Part shown: piece by piece, positions 63,790 to 64,000 of the stretch
How the letters are laid out: each line of letters opens with the position of its first letter
Position numbering within the stretch: position 1 is the first letter of the stretch
Position numbers and translations under genes: made by a program
Notes under the pieces: model-generated
Databases searched by the model: none
What the model saw: only the letters and a program-made list of their open reading frames with translations
Told to the model about the DNA's origin: nothing
Assembly: GCF_004010195.1 (NCBI RefSeq)
Contig: NC_057754.1
Span: forward strand, 3,846,925-3,910,924
DNA length: 64,000 bases
Reading direction: 5' to 3'
From: Chiloscyllium plagiosum
Lineage: Eukaryota

Positions 63790-64000
63790 GTGAGGCCTGG
63801 TGTGTCTGGAGGCAAGGCCTGGCATGGTCTGAGGTGAGGTCTGGTGTGGACTGAGACGAGGCCTGGCGTGGTCTGAAGTGAAGCATGGCGTGGTCTGAGA
63901 CGAGGCCTGGTGTGGACTGAGGTTTGGCCTGGCGTGGTCTGAGGTGAGGCCTGACGTGGTCTGAGGCGAGACCTGGTGTGATCTGAGACGAGGCCTGGCG
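63790..64000 (+). repeat. ~21-bp tandem repeat
   Basis: (tgaggcctggcgtggtctgagg)n running off the end of the window. Confidence 0.8.

Overview
Repeat-rich vertebrate genomic DNA, probably a shark (inferred from HE1-type V-SINEs, CR1/HER1-like LINEs and Deu-domain SINE remnants), with four N gaps. Most entries in the ORF track are spurious. Manual splicing on the + strand gives: (1) the last four coding exons of CCS, the copper chaperone for SOD1 (4674-16116); (2) a complete four-exon avidin-family gene that the ORF track does not show (18503-23439), with TATA box, two C/EBP-like sites, signal peptide, streptavidin-like pocket residues, no avidin C4-C83 disulfide and a ~32-aa C-terminal tail; (3) the last two exons of MAP3K11/MLK3 (34318-36098), with the kinase exons missing; (4) a complete three-exon TWIK-subfamily K2P channel, probably KCNK7 by synteny (42493-51032). 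There may also be a terminal exon and 3'UTR of a minus-strand gene (~58750-59776). Other notable structure: Penelope-like elements and tiny insertions flanked by target-site duplications that carry minimal hammerhead ribozyme cores, a ~0.55-kb-arm inverted duplication in a CCS intron, and many minisatellite arrays.
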